A stretch of 59,681 nucleotides of DNA, filler included, from Dirinaria sp. TL-2023a (Eukaryota): the NCBI GenBank assembly GCA_051941275.1. It is 11 parts of 11 records of this genome, joined end to end, with 100 filler letters (N's around TTAATTAATTAA, not from the genome) between each part and the next. Parts side by side here need not be neighbours in the genome. Positions count along the whole stretch, not along the records: positions 10,911 to 16,259 come from JAVEBF010001680.1; positions 16,360 to 21,707 come from JAVEBF010001681.1; positions 21,808 to 27,147 come from JAVEBF010001682.1; 8 more parts are not named here. The stretch is one strand, 5' to 3'. Of the stretch, positions 14,201 to 25,464 are shown in pieces. Each line of letters opens with the position of its first letter. The first letter of the stretch is position 1. The notes under the pieces are model-generated. The model searched no databases. It saw only the letters and a program-made list of their open reading frames with translations, and was not told the origin of the DNA. The position numbers and the translations under genes are program-made.

Positions 14201-15115
14201 AGAACTTATCTAGATATTCGCGAAAAGTGTCGTTGATATATTTCTAAAACGAGACAGATTTATTGCATAAATCGAAGAGCATGACTAGATACTCGAAAAG
14301 ATCGAAACGAGTACGAAAAACAGTTAATGTTTCATCTTTTTCTCTGATTCGAAGTTTATTGAACGCGCTGATGATATCTAGTTTCGTGAATATCTTAGCA
14401 CGACTTAGACGATTGAGAGTCTCGAAGATTAAGAGCAGAGAATAATGCTTTTTAACAGTGATGACATTAAAATCTCTATAATTCACGCAGAAACGAAGTT
14501 CTTCTTCGAATTTCTTGACGAACAGAACAGAGACGATCGTTTGAAAGCGACTAGCTCGAATAAATTCTTTTCTAAAATTCTCATCTAGATATCGACGAAA
14601 TTCTAAAACCTCATCACGACTCATGTCGTACAAGACGAAGACTGAGATTTGAGTATCTTTCTTGAGATGTATGACGTGATCGTAGAGTTTATACAAAGGC
14701 AGAGTATTTGTTTTAATTTTGAAGAAGACATTTAGATAATCGTGATATTGCAGAAACAGAATGATGACTGAGTCAACGTTTTTGTTTCGTCGATAGAATT
14801 TAAACTTCTTTCGAGTGACGACTGTGACTAAATGAAGTTTCTTTTTCATTCGATACAAGACTAGACGATGATCTCGATCATAACTGCTGATCTTGATACT
14901 TTCGTAAAGAGACGAAAGTTTTTTGTTCTGACAAAGACTCGAGATTTCAGATAAAGAATAAAAAAAACGTGACGAAATAAGACTCAGATAGATGTTTATT
15001 TCTTTCAAGATTAAGCTGAACATCTCGAAATTCTTGAAACGAGTAGCACGATCAAAATCTCGAGTTCTCAACTCTGCAATATCGAGTTGTATAAAAGATC
15101 GAGTGTTCTGCTGTG

Positions 15116-15624
15116 TGTCAAAGACCCAACCTTGGTTAGATAGGTTTCCCAATAATAAAAGTCCCGACATGACCAAAAGACTAACTAAATCAAGTCGAAG
15201 ACTTGGTGTCTATCTTACTACTTATGTTTCAGAATCGTAACATTATCTCGATCCCTCGGCTTAGCTTCGTCCCGAAGCTAGCGTTGAGAGAAGTGAGGAA
15301 ATTCAAGACCCTGTAGAGAATGCTAGCTAATCAGAGTGACTCATGACGCTCAGAAATCAATGTACGTCTATCGAAACAAGTAGTCGCCCCGAGCTTAGAT
15401 AAGCTCTCAGTCGACAGATCTCGTCGAAAAACAACTCTTCAAGCGTTCGAGCTGAGATTCTAACTCAGAATCTTGCGACCGTGTTGACTTGATTTAATGT
15501 CAAAGACTCAACCTTGGTTAGATAGGTTTCTCAATGGTAAAAGTCCCGGCATAGTCAAAAGACTAACTAAACCAAGTCGGAGACTTGGTGCCTATCTTAC
15601 TACTTATGTTCCAGGATCGTAACA
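15116..15624 (-). mobile_element. TRIM-like miniature non-autonomous LTR element nested in the Gypsy pol region
   Basis: Two 127-bp direct repeats (15116-15242, 15498-15624) with TG...CA ends; 255-bp non-coding interior; perfect TSD CTGTG at 15111-15115 and 15625-15629; purine-rich tract before the minus-strand 3' LTR. Confidence 0.92.
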
Positions 15625-15789
15625 CTGTGCTCGTCGTTCAGTTGAGATTCGCATGAGCGAGAGACTTCGATACTTGATCTTAAGTGAGTATCTTTTTCGA
15701 AAAGCTTGAAGAATACGACTAAATGTATCTAGAGATAAATCTTGATCAGACTCGTGCGAGACGAGATTTAGCTGAGACTGAGGGGAAAC

Positions 15790-16070
15790 TAAATTACTGA
15801 ATTGCTTCTTTCGAGCAGACTGAGTACTAGATTGCTTCTTGCGAGCGAACTGAGTACGAGATAATCTCTTGTGAGTTTCTGAATAACTAGACTGTTTCTG
15901 ACAGACGAACTCGATATTGAATTGTCTTTTGTAAACTTCTGAATGACTAGATTGCTTCTGACGAGCGGACTGAATACTGAGTTGTCTTTTCTGAGTTTTC
16001 ATAAAACTGAGTTGCTTTTTACGAGTCGACTGAAGACTGAGTTGTCTTTTCTGAGCTTTCGTGAAACTGA
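15790..16070 (-). repeat. ~30-bp degenerate tandem repeat inside the Gypsy ORF (10-aa unit like QSARKKQSST)
   Basis: Recurring gactgagttgtc/actagattgcttc units at ~30-bp spacing. Confidence 0.7.
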
Positions 16071-16497
16071 ATTAATTTTTCAAAGAGAATACTGAATGAG
16101 ATGAAAAATTGTTCATCTCGTTTAGATTTTCTTGATTTTAAAGTTTTCAGATTCGCTGAGATTTCTGAGAGAACAGAAACTCTTTTTCTTCTCGAATAGT
16201 GTTATAAATTTAAATCGAGAACTAACAACAATGAGCGAGACAAAAAGAGAAGAATATGANNNNNNNNNNNNNNNNNNNNNNNNNNNNNNNNNNNNNNNNN
16301 NNNTTAATTAATTAANNNNNNNNNNNNNNNNNNNNNNNNNNNNNNNNNNNNNNNNNNNNATAGTGCTCCCTTTTGGAAAAAAAGAAAAAGAAAAAAAAAA
16401 AAAAAAAAAAAAACAAAACCGACACAATGCCACCGGGGGTATCTTATGCTTCCAGAAACACCAGGAGAAATCCTTAAGAGTATGCACAAATCGACGC

Positions 16498-16618
16498 TCA
16501 CTCGACCAGATCGCAAAACTCCTGCGTGGAAAGATCGAAGTCCTCTTCTTCATCACAGAACGACTCCTTTCCGTTCCTCGACTGGTCTTTGACATGTTTT
16601 TTCTCCGCCAATGGTAAC

Positions 16619-16679
<61 letters not shown>

Positions 16680-18096
16680 TTGTTGTTGTTGTTGCGTGCT
16701 CCACATATCTCGCCACGTCCTCGAGCTCACTATCGCTCAGCTCGTCGCAGCCGAACGAGTCAGTCCCTCCTTCGATCTTACGAGGCGCTTTACTTTCATT
16801 CTTCGGGGATACTAGTTCCTCTTCCGGCTCATCGGACGAGAAGTCGCTCGCGTAATTCAGATCTTGCGTACAGATCCCCGCCAGGAGCGATGCTGCTTCG
16901 TCTTTCGGTGGAGGTGGTGATAATGGGGGGTTTTTCGGCGGCTGCCGCGCGGAAGCGAAGCCGTGCTTGCGGTACCCGTGCTGTATGGGTGTTTTTGTGG
17001 TCGGCGGTGCTGCCTTGAGCAGCATTGTTTCTGGAGTTGAGAGCTCACGCTCGATCTGGGTGTTGCTCACGAGGAACGCGGCCCAGCTGTCATCGGGAGG
17101 TGGTTTGGCTTTCGCTTTCGGGAGGTTGGCGCCGGGGTGGGAGCCATTGCTGGGTTTGGGGTAAGGGGCTCGGTGTGAAAGCAATGAACATGATGGTGGA
17201 AGCACTGGCTTCTGCGATGATGGTAACCTGGAGGAAATGGGTGATTTGGAGTTCTCAATTGGAGATCGATTGTTGATCTCGGATGGTTTAGCTGGTGCTG
17301 CTGCCGCTGCCGAAACTGTGGGTCTGGGTGGAGGACGCATTGACCCTGCAGGCGTTGCGCTTCTATGTGGCTTGGGTGCTGGGGCCATAACCTCGCGAGC
17401 TTGGGTAGAAGATGTGGTGTTTGTAGAGGCATTTTTTGTGAAGGTGCTCGCAGCGTTCGTTAAGTCTTTAGACGGCCTGTTGAATGCAGGTTTCGGTTGA
17501 CGTAGCACAGTAGACACATTCGGGTGCTTCGATGAGGACCTTTTGGAACACCCACCCATCCCGATTGCTGCTTTTGGCTTTGTTGGCGCGCTTAAGACTC
17601 CATTATGATTCTCGGATCTACGCGCTGAGATCTGTGCTGAGGAGGCAATGACCGGGTTGTGCGAAAGTGGCTCCAACGGGCGTCTTTCTTGGATTGCCTT
17701 TTCCACCGCATGGCTAGTTTGCGAGGCTCCCAGTTCGTCACCGCTGCTCTGCGGCGTCAAGACGGGAGACTGCTCCCGTTTTCGCTTTAAATCCGTTCCA
17801 AAATCTAAGAATTTACTCAATCGCATCTGGCTCGCGCCAACCGTCTCCTTGCTCGGGCTAGCTATCCCCATCCTCTGCCTTGCTTCACGCTCCCTCTCGA
17901 TTCTCTCATTCTTCTTCCTAATGTTGGCTTTGCGTTTGTTCTCCCTCTCTCTTATGCGACCAGCTCTCTCTTGGAGTTCAGCGCTGCGCTCCAACTGCCG
18001 TCGCTCGCGTTCTGTCAGACGAACAACACCGCCAGATCTCTGATATGCACGGCGCGCTTGACGCAGAGTTTGCGGACGAGAAGAGATCTGTGGCAT
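16498..18096 (-). CDS. Low-complexity, probably disordered protein with N-terminal charged coiled coil and acidic C-terminus
   Basis: Long open frame; likely start MPQISSRPQTLRQARRAY at 18096; P/S/A-rich; poly-Ser tract. Confidence 0.7.
16619..16693 (+). repeat. Compound coding microsatellite (GAT)~20(GTT)~5
   Basis: Direct reading; encodes poly-Thr/poly-Ser in the minus-strand CDS. Confidence 0.95.
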
Positions 18097-18432
18097 GGCG
18101 ATTGCGAAAATTATGGACTTGCATGGATAGTACACCAAGCGTGGGGGAGCATCACAGGCTGCTGTAATGCCGAAACGGGGATTGGAGTGTAGCAATCGGA
18201 GCAAATTAGTGTTGTAGTCTAGCAGCGCTTCTGAATCGTGCCAACTACACCAAGATCCAAAAAGTGAGCACTGCAATGATGCTTTGGATCATTGTTTGAC
18301 GAGGCAGGGCAGGAGAGCGTGGAAGAGTGGGGTGAAGGATGCACGAGTCCTTGGCATGATGAGCCAAATCTGGTTAGCGATATTCCTAGCCTTCCAAAGT
18401 ACAGTACCGTAGAAGACGGAGTAGAAGAAATA

Positions 18433-19315
18433 ATGGTAGCGAATCCCTCTGTTCAAGAGCCTGGCGGCTTCTTGCCCTCATATCTGCCCTCGCCTTCGAT
18501 ATCCACCAATAGATCACCATCCATCGAGCCGTCACATCTACCTCAGACGCGGTCTCATCCCCTAAAATCAGGAAGTGGGAAGGAAAGCAGCGTGATATAC
18601 TATCTCGATGACAAGCTTCTCGCCATCTCACGTCGCTATGAGAAAAGAGTGCAGGTAGCGACTGAGATGGGACACAGTGCGGAAGACGAGGCGCAGGGCT
18701 ATAGGAAGTTTAGTGAAGCCGCCCGTGATTTGGATGCTGTCATTGATGTGGTTTGGGTGACGGGCACTCGTATGACTGACATATCAATATATCCTTGCCA
18801 TCTCTGACCTGACTCTTTTAGCAACTTTGCAGACACCCTACCTTCTCACCATTGCGTTGGCGGTCTGCTCGTATCTGCCTTCTTTTCCTTTCTCACCGCG
18901 GCCTACCTTTCGTTTGCTACATAAGCTTGACCTGGCTTTTGCTTCGCTTTTACAGGGCACAAACGCAGAGACAGGGCAAAGGCTTCCAGGCTTCGAAGGT
19001 GTCTTGGGAGCTAGAGGTATTGATACAACCAAAAAGGTGCGGATGAAGGGGGTTGTCGAAAGAACAAGATTAGCTGTAGTTGAAGTAGCCGGAAAAGATG
19101 GGAGTATTGCTGGATCACTACCTACTGAACCAGAAAACCCCCTAACAACGGACGAAGATACGAGTATGGAAGACTATAATGATGACTTTGATGATGACAT
19201 GCAAGAAGATGAGCATTACGGACACTGGGAAATGGAAATCGCACATGTATATGAAAGGACAATCGTGCTACTCGGAGAATCATTAGATGCTTCTGCAATT
19301 GGAAAAGATACATGA
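18433..19315 (+). CDS. TFB6: TFIIH-associated Tfb6-like protein, 2 exons (intron 18770-18821)
   Basis: LPQTRSHPLKSGSGKES..LLAISRRYEKR..DVVWVTGTP TLQTPYLLTIAL..LHKLDLAFASLL..KVRMKGVVERTR resembles the conserved Pezizomycotina Tfb6-domain family from memory; canonical intron restores frame. Confidence 0.6.
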
Positions 19316-21120
19316 TTGATGATCTTTACCATTGTTGCAAACAAGATCATGATCGTACCTCTGAAGCCCCGGAATTGGGTACGTTTCCTGAGTCTATTTC
19401 TGTGTTTCCAGTTCGTCTTGAAACGAAAAACTACATGTACCTACTACCGTTTATTTGCGTGACGCTGCCTCCTTTGAAAACACATCAGATTTCTCACCTC
19501 TGGCTCACCTGTGGACTGATGTGTTCATCCATTGTTCTTCACAAAGCAGGCTGCCATCTCTGACCATGTACGCATGGCTCGATATGATCTTGCTTTAAAA
19601 GTCAGTGCCGAAAGACCTACGACATACTAAGATGGATGTGATTATGATGTTTGCATTCTTGGGGAGCTGCAAATCCTAGCTCTGACTTTAAAAACAAGTT
19701 TATAAGGGTAGGGTATACCTGAAGGTCTGATTTGCTGTTTGTCCACACTGAACTTTCCCCAGATATATTTCGAAAACCCTTAGCGCCAACACGTGACTAC
19801 ACGTGACCTTAAGTGCCAATTCTTTTGCTTTTGATATATATCATATCACAAGAGGGCACTGAAGCTGGACAGCTCAGAATTCCTTGCCTATACAGTACTA
19901 GAGATACCTGACCATAGTACTAAAGGTGAATACTAAAGGTATGCATGCTTAGCTTCCAGTCTTTCAGTTGGAGTCTTTAGCTGTACCTTGAACAACTCAG
20001 CAAATCCCAAGTCTCATATTCTTTATATCATAAGACTGCACTGGATCTCGAATCATTATATTGTTCTCAAGGCAGTAGATGTTCAGATTTGAATTGGAGA
20101 CTTTCAACAGACCTTGGGCAACCTAGCAAATCCCAAGTCTGAGACGCATCAGCAGAACTTGAGCAATACCGCTTCAGAGTCTCAGAGAGGACTGCTGATA
20201 CGTATATACTCGCTGAGATTTCAGTCCTTGTTCAGTGTGACACCCAGACTATGCAGATGGGTTTGAGCACTGGTAAAAACGCCCCCAAGCATGTTGCTTA
20301 CGGGCTAGGAATTCCTTTTGCAGAGACTTCGTAAAACTGAGAAATCAGAAAGCAGGCCGCCTGAGCAATAAAGGTGGCTATACTTCAAGACTCTTGTTCT
20401 TATGATTATATTATAAGGCTTCAAACTCGAAGAGCATCAGCCTAAAATGAATGTCCTATTTCCTCTACTTGAATATGTTGTTTCTATCCAATGAGTGTTT
20501 CAGTCTAAGAACCCAAGAGAGTCAAAAGAGAAACTCAAACATCAGAGATGAAATTTACTTCAATAGTGAACTGTGTGGCTCGATCCAGGTACCACAGCGA
20601 CTTGAGAGGGAAAATCAGAAACGCACAGGCTATACTATAAAACTCACAAGACATTATATTGAACTTTACTTGAAGCAGACCTGAGCATAACTACCGCATG
20701 GACTGAAAGCAGATGGGATGCCAACAATTCAGAAGCAGAAAGTGGAACAGCGAAGTTAGAATGAAATGCTTTGAGCACCCTCGTGAGAAGAGAAACAAAA
20801 GGGATAAGGGAATAATGATATCACGCTCAATCAATGCTTTCCCAAGGACGCTGGCTTGCCAATATCATCAGCAGGAAGAAGACTATATCAAGGTAATTCT
20901 ACTCACAGGGCAATAGATGCTGTGGTCAAGCCAGGTCGAGGCTCCAAAGAGACAGCGTGTGGTGATCCTGAGCTTGAAGGGCTAATGTTGCTGATGCTGT
21001 CCCAGGGCTTGAACCCAGACAACCAGAAGAAGAAAGGGGCAACATTTAGCGCGACAATTTGCCCACGAGGCATCAAAACAGACCCTCACTTGTTTGCCAC
21101 CTTGTTTTCATTCTCTCCCT

Positions 21121-21330
21121 CGACAGCATCACCAGTTCCCTCTTCACGTAGAGACAGCACCACCACCTGCTCTTTTCGTAGAGACTTCACCACCACCTGC
21201 TCTTCGTAGAGACATCATAAACTCCTGCTCTGTCGTTGAGACAACCCCTTTCCTGCTCTTGCGTCGTTAAGGCAACCCCTTTTCTGCTCTTGCGTCGTTG
21301 AGACAACCCCCTTTTCCGCTCCGCGTCGAC
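21121..21330 (+). repeat. Drifting ~30-bp minisatellite (~7 units)
   Basis: Units such as gacagcaccaccacctgctcttttcgtaga changing to gacaacccctttcctgctcttgcgtcgttaa. Confidence 0.8.
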
Positions 21331-21372
21331 AAAGCCTCAACCTCCCCCCCCGCTCTTTTTTAACTAGACAAG

Positions 21373-21552
21373 ATGAGCAACCGTCGGTTCACCGACGAGG
21401 AGAGGGCGCAAATGTCGCACAGAGAACGGGTCCGCCGCCGCCTCGAAACGCCCGCCAATTTCGCGCCGGAGGTGATGCTGGGCTTCGCGGCCCGTTTACA
21501 GCGGACTCGTTCTGCGCAGCGAGCAGCGCAGACCTCCCAGAGCAACACCGCG

Positions 21553-21591
<39 letters not shown>

Positions 21592-21707
21592 CAAGCCCCA
21601 GCTCAGGGCAATGTGAGCAACACCGCGCCGGCCCCTCCTTCAACATCGCTTCACGGCACCGGCTCCAACAACACCACCACCCCCGCCCAGGTTCACCCAT
21701 CAGGTCC
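21373..21707 (+). CDS. Hypothetical poly-Gln protein, 5' part (cut by gap)
   Basis: ATG after pyrimidine-rich leader; GC-rich codons; CAG/CAA tract. Confidence 0.55.
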
Positions 21708-22021
21708 NNNNNNNNNNNNNNNNNNNNNNNNNNNNNNNNNNNNNNNNNNNNTTAATTAATTAANNNNNNNNNNNNNNNNNNNNNNNNNNNNNNNNNNNNN
21801 NNNNNNNAAAAAAAAAAAAAAAGAAAAAGGTATGTTGGAGGTTTCGTAGTAAGAACTTTGACTTCGAACGTCGATTGATTATGCTTCATAGATAACAATT
21901 TAAGAGTGGGGTTTTTAAAATGGAGAAAAAATCGCTTAGATTCGGTAGAAAGGTTAAAGGTAACTAAGATCTATCTACCTAACCTTCGCTATTTTTTTTT
22001 TCTGGAGGATGCTGGTATGGA

Positions 22022-23463
22022 TCACACCAAACGTAGCAACTTCTTCCAATTCCACTTCCACAGCAACACCCAGCCGCCGACCACCGACGAGAGCCCCGTG
22101 AATATGATAAGGGGCCCGTAAGTCGTTGTGTAACCAAACCTTCCTGCTGAGCCTATGCTTCCGGCTTTGAGTAGTAGCACGCTGGCAAGCCCACCGCTTA
22201 CATATCCGATGCCTCTGACACCGTTCAACAGACCATACACCATCCCCGAATCGATCGCCTCATTTCTCCCCGCAGCTTCGCGTTCCAGTTCATTGAGGAC
22301 GCCTCCCCATGTGGCGCTGTAACCGCCAGAAAAGAAGCCGAAGGTGATGGAAAACAGTACCAACAGCGCCATGCTACCCTGCGAGGTCAAGCCCCAGAGG
22401 AGGAAAGCTGACATGGCGGAGCTGACCGGAGGGATAGAAGTCACAGTCGTGGCCGAGAGGGGAAAGCGCTTGTTGTCGCTCAGGTAACCGAAAAAGGACG
22501 ACGCCACGATTCCAGGGATATTGAATAGGGTGAGCATAAGGGTGGCCGAGGTCTGAGACAGCAATGTGATATCACGGGCGTACGTGTTAAGGTATGTTTG
22601 GGGAATGCCATACCCAGAGCTTTGAAAGATGATTGCAATGCCAAAAATGTAGAAGGCCTTATGCTTGAGAAACTGCCAAGGGATTTCTCGTGCCCTGTGT
22701 GTGCTCAAAGAAATGCTCGAAGGATGGGTCGGTATCAAGAAGATTCCGAGGACGCTGGTTCCTACCGCGATAGCCGTCCATATCCTCAACGTGTTACGAA
22801 AGCCGTAGCGATCGAGAAGGCCTCGGAATAGAAATGGACAAGTAGATCCTACGATGTTTTTGCAGGACAGAACGACTCCGTAGGCCACGGCTCGGTTGCT
22901 GCTTTTTGACCATTCGCCAAGCGATAGTGTGGTCGGACTGTAGATGAGAGCACATCCTAATGCTGCCATGACTCCTTGTGTTGCCACTAAATGCCACACG
23001 TTGGTACTGAAGGAGGACAGTACAAAGCTGATGCACGTCAAAACAGCGCCGCAAAGAGCTGCTGACTGGCGTCTACGGGCCCAGCGTCTGGTGAACGGCG
23101 CAAACAGGAAAGGCATGGCGAGGTACATGACGCCGTTGGAGGTCGTGCCAATGACACCGGTGATTTCACGATCCCCTGACAGCGTCCAATTGTTGTAATA
23201 GTGTTCCTGGAAAACGCCGTAACTCATAGCGAAGCCTGCATGCGTGAGTGCGATTGCAGTCGGGATGAAGGACTTGCTTTACCCCAGATCGGGAGCTGCA
23301 GTATCGCCGAGCCCACAAGGACGGAAACCCTCTTCCTGTTCGACTCCCATTGCCTTGGCTCCGCGTCCGCGTTGGATACGTCTTGTTCAATATCCTGAGG
23401 CTCTTGCTCGCCAACGTCGGATGGCCGCGACTCTTCGAGAGAGCGAGTCTCACTTCGTAGCAT
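22022..23463 (-). CDS. MFS transporter, monocarboxylate porter (MCT/MCH)-like; intron 23282-23236
   Basis: ~12 hydrophobic segments; WG|FAMSYGVFQEHYY, ATQGVMAALG, GYLSD motifs; canonical intron. Confidence 0.88.
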
Positions 23464-24034
23464 CCTGAGTTCGCTGGAGACCCACGTCTTCAATATTGAC
23501 TTGTGTAGGACCAATAAAAAGGGAGACGCTGCTCCAGATAGGATTTCACTACGTCAAGTCTCTGAAGCGGTCCGTGGATCGAGGAATCATCGGACTCCTT
23601 TGTGTAGAATAGATCAGAGTAACGTAGGTTTTTGGAATCTTGACCATAGCAGCGTCTTGCGCTGTACATATACTCGACGGGAAAAACATTTCCATTAGCC
23701 TCTGACGACCACCTTACACCTTTACTTATATTCGATCCATGGTTTGGCGGGGAATCCCGAAGGGAGTCACTACTACTAAGGTACTACTACTGTACGCAAG
23801 ATGATGTATGTCTTGCCTTTCCAGGTTTGGTGGCTTAGTCAGTAGTCTGGAACACTGACGGCTGTTTACTTTGGCGGTACTTTCGCTGTTGTACCTAAAG
23901 CTTTATTACTGTAAAGCTTCTTGACCTAATTAGTACTTACTACATTATTATACCAGGCTTCAGGAAAATTTGGAACTTTCTAATCATCTTATGCGCCGCT
24001 GTTCGACAGGAAGAGCAAAGCCTTTGAAAATGCC

Positions 24035-25021
24035 ATGCCAAACACAGCCCTTCCAACTCTCACGTTCTACGAACCGAAATACTACCAAAAGCTGTCTCCC
24101 ACTTTTCACGATTGGGTTAGATTGACCGCTGCTGATGTTCACGCGCTTGAAGAATGGCCAGATCGGTGTCCAGGTTCGCTTTTTCGCTCATTAACCGTCC
24201 AGTGGTGAAGGATTCCACTGAATAATTCCAGCTCAAGATGTCTGCTTCTACCTCAATCATCCCATCAAGTGGATACGCCTGGTTGGAGTCATAGTCGACT
24301 TTGAGGCGTACGAAAAAAGAATTGTTATGGTCTTGGATGACAGTAGCGGTGCCAACATCGAAATTACCTGCTCACGTCTGCTCCCTGATTTCCGAGACAA
24401 AACAGGAAAAGATGAGAATCATACGCAGAAAGACCATCGCGTGATTGGTCGGACAAAAGAAGGTTATGACGTCGATTTGACCGGAGTTGATGTAGGGTCG
24501 GTGGTCAGGGTGAAAGGAGGCATAGGGTCCTTTCGAGGAGAGAAGCAGATGACGCTTGAGCGCCTCGGTACGTGATGAACAGCATGAATACACGCGTTAA
24601 GATTACGAGCAAGGAGCACTGTGGTGGCGGAGGATCTGCTCTATGTACCAAGTGCTGATAATGCAAATGCGCAGAGTTTGTGCGGACCACCAATGACGAA
24701 GCGAAAGCTTGGGCCCAGAATGCCGCATACCGACGAGACATTCTGAGCAAGCCATGGGTAATGAGCGATGAGGATCGAATGGGATTTGAGCGTTACGAAC
24801 GTCACGAACGTCGACAGCAACAAAGATTTGAGCGAGAAAGGCAGCGGCGTCTGGAAAGAGGTCTAGAGCGGCGGTCGGGGAGGAAGGAGAGACAAGTGCG
24901 ACGCGATGGGAATGGACGCCGTGTGAAGGTAGTATGTGGGGAGCAGTCTAGAGAAGAGCGCAAGCATCGGACTGAAGATGGTGGGAGACATGGTACTATA
25001 CGTAAAGCGGCAAAGGCATAA
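24035..25021 (+). CDS. STN1: Telomere CST subunit Stn1-like OB-fold protein, 3 exons
   Basis: LSPTFHDWVRL..FYLNHPIKWIRLVGVIV..LDDSSGANIE..VGSVVRVKG..FRGEKQM..TTNDEAKAW; introns ~24174-24231 and ~24568-24674. Confidence 0.8.
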
Positions 25022-25176
25022 TCTGCCAGCAGGCTGGAGGGAGAAATGGCTCTTGGATTGACTGATGATTTGGATGTGAGACGTGCTTTGCTTGGCTAAG
25101 GAGCTCCAGATGAAGGTATTCAGGACTGAGTAGAACAAATCTTGGCTTGTTTCTACGAATTATGAAGCAGTGTTTT

Positions 25177-25210
25177 TCGAGGTCGAGGTCGAGGTCGAGG
25201 TCGAGGTCGA
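25177..25210 (+). repeat. (TCGAGG)5 hexanucleotide microsatellite
   Basis: Direct reading. Confidence 0.9.
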
Positions 25211-25314
25211 CTATAGTTGAAGCTGCTATCGCGAGAGTTTATCCTAGCCCTGAAGAGTAGTAAAAATGAAAAAGAAGGTATGATGATGGATCGGAATTCC
25301 GATTTGAGTGCGAT

Positions 25315-25329
25315 CCAATTCCAGCCAAT
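25315..25329 (+). promoter_or_regulatory. Two CCAAT boxes upstream of the complex I gene (possible HAP/CBC sites)
   Basis: CCAAT at 25315 and 25325, ~140 bp before the ATG; function is inferred. Confidence 0.4.
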
Positions 25330-25464
25330 CAGCGCTCGCTAGTTTTCTTTGACGTCCACCATCCATTTCGCCGCTCGCCGCTTGAACCTCTTGTCATTAA
25401 TATTGAAGAATTCCAACCTGGATTGTCGCACTTCCTCAAACACCCACCATTTTAAATCCTCATA

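Larger units (their letters stand above)
10911..16259 (-). mobile_element. Degenerate Ty3/Gypsy chromovirus (RT, RNase H, integrase, chromodomain, PPT, partial 3' LTR)
   Basis: Minus strand: RT (VLFVKK..LRFCVNYR, FTKLDI, YLDD at 14181-14192); RNase H (DVSDY, AYFSKK, NYEIYDK); integrase HHCC zinc finger and core (~12200-12900); chromodomain (~11620-11760); many in-frame stops. Confidence 0.95.

Noticed and set aside
14244..15176. 310-aa ORF as an intact gene
   Set aside because: Chimeric: it starts inside the TRIM LTR and runs into a heavily mutated Gypsy RT fragment.
16308..17018. Poly-His, poly-Asp and poly-Met ORFs
   Set aside because: Alternative frames of the (GAT)n microsatellite inside the real minus-strand CDS.
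19790..19808. Tandem CACGTGAC E-boxes
   Set aside because: Not clearly linked to a gene start; cannot be supported beyond the motif match.
21121..21330. CRISPR-like array
   Set aside because: Eukaryotic DNA; contiguous drifting units without unique spacers; no cas genes.
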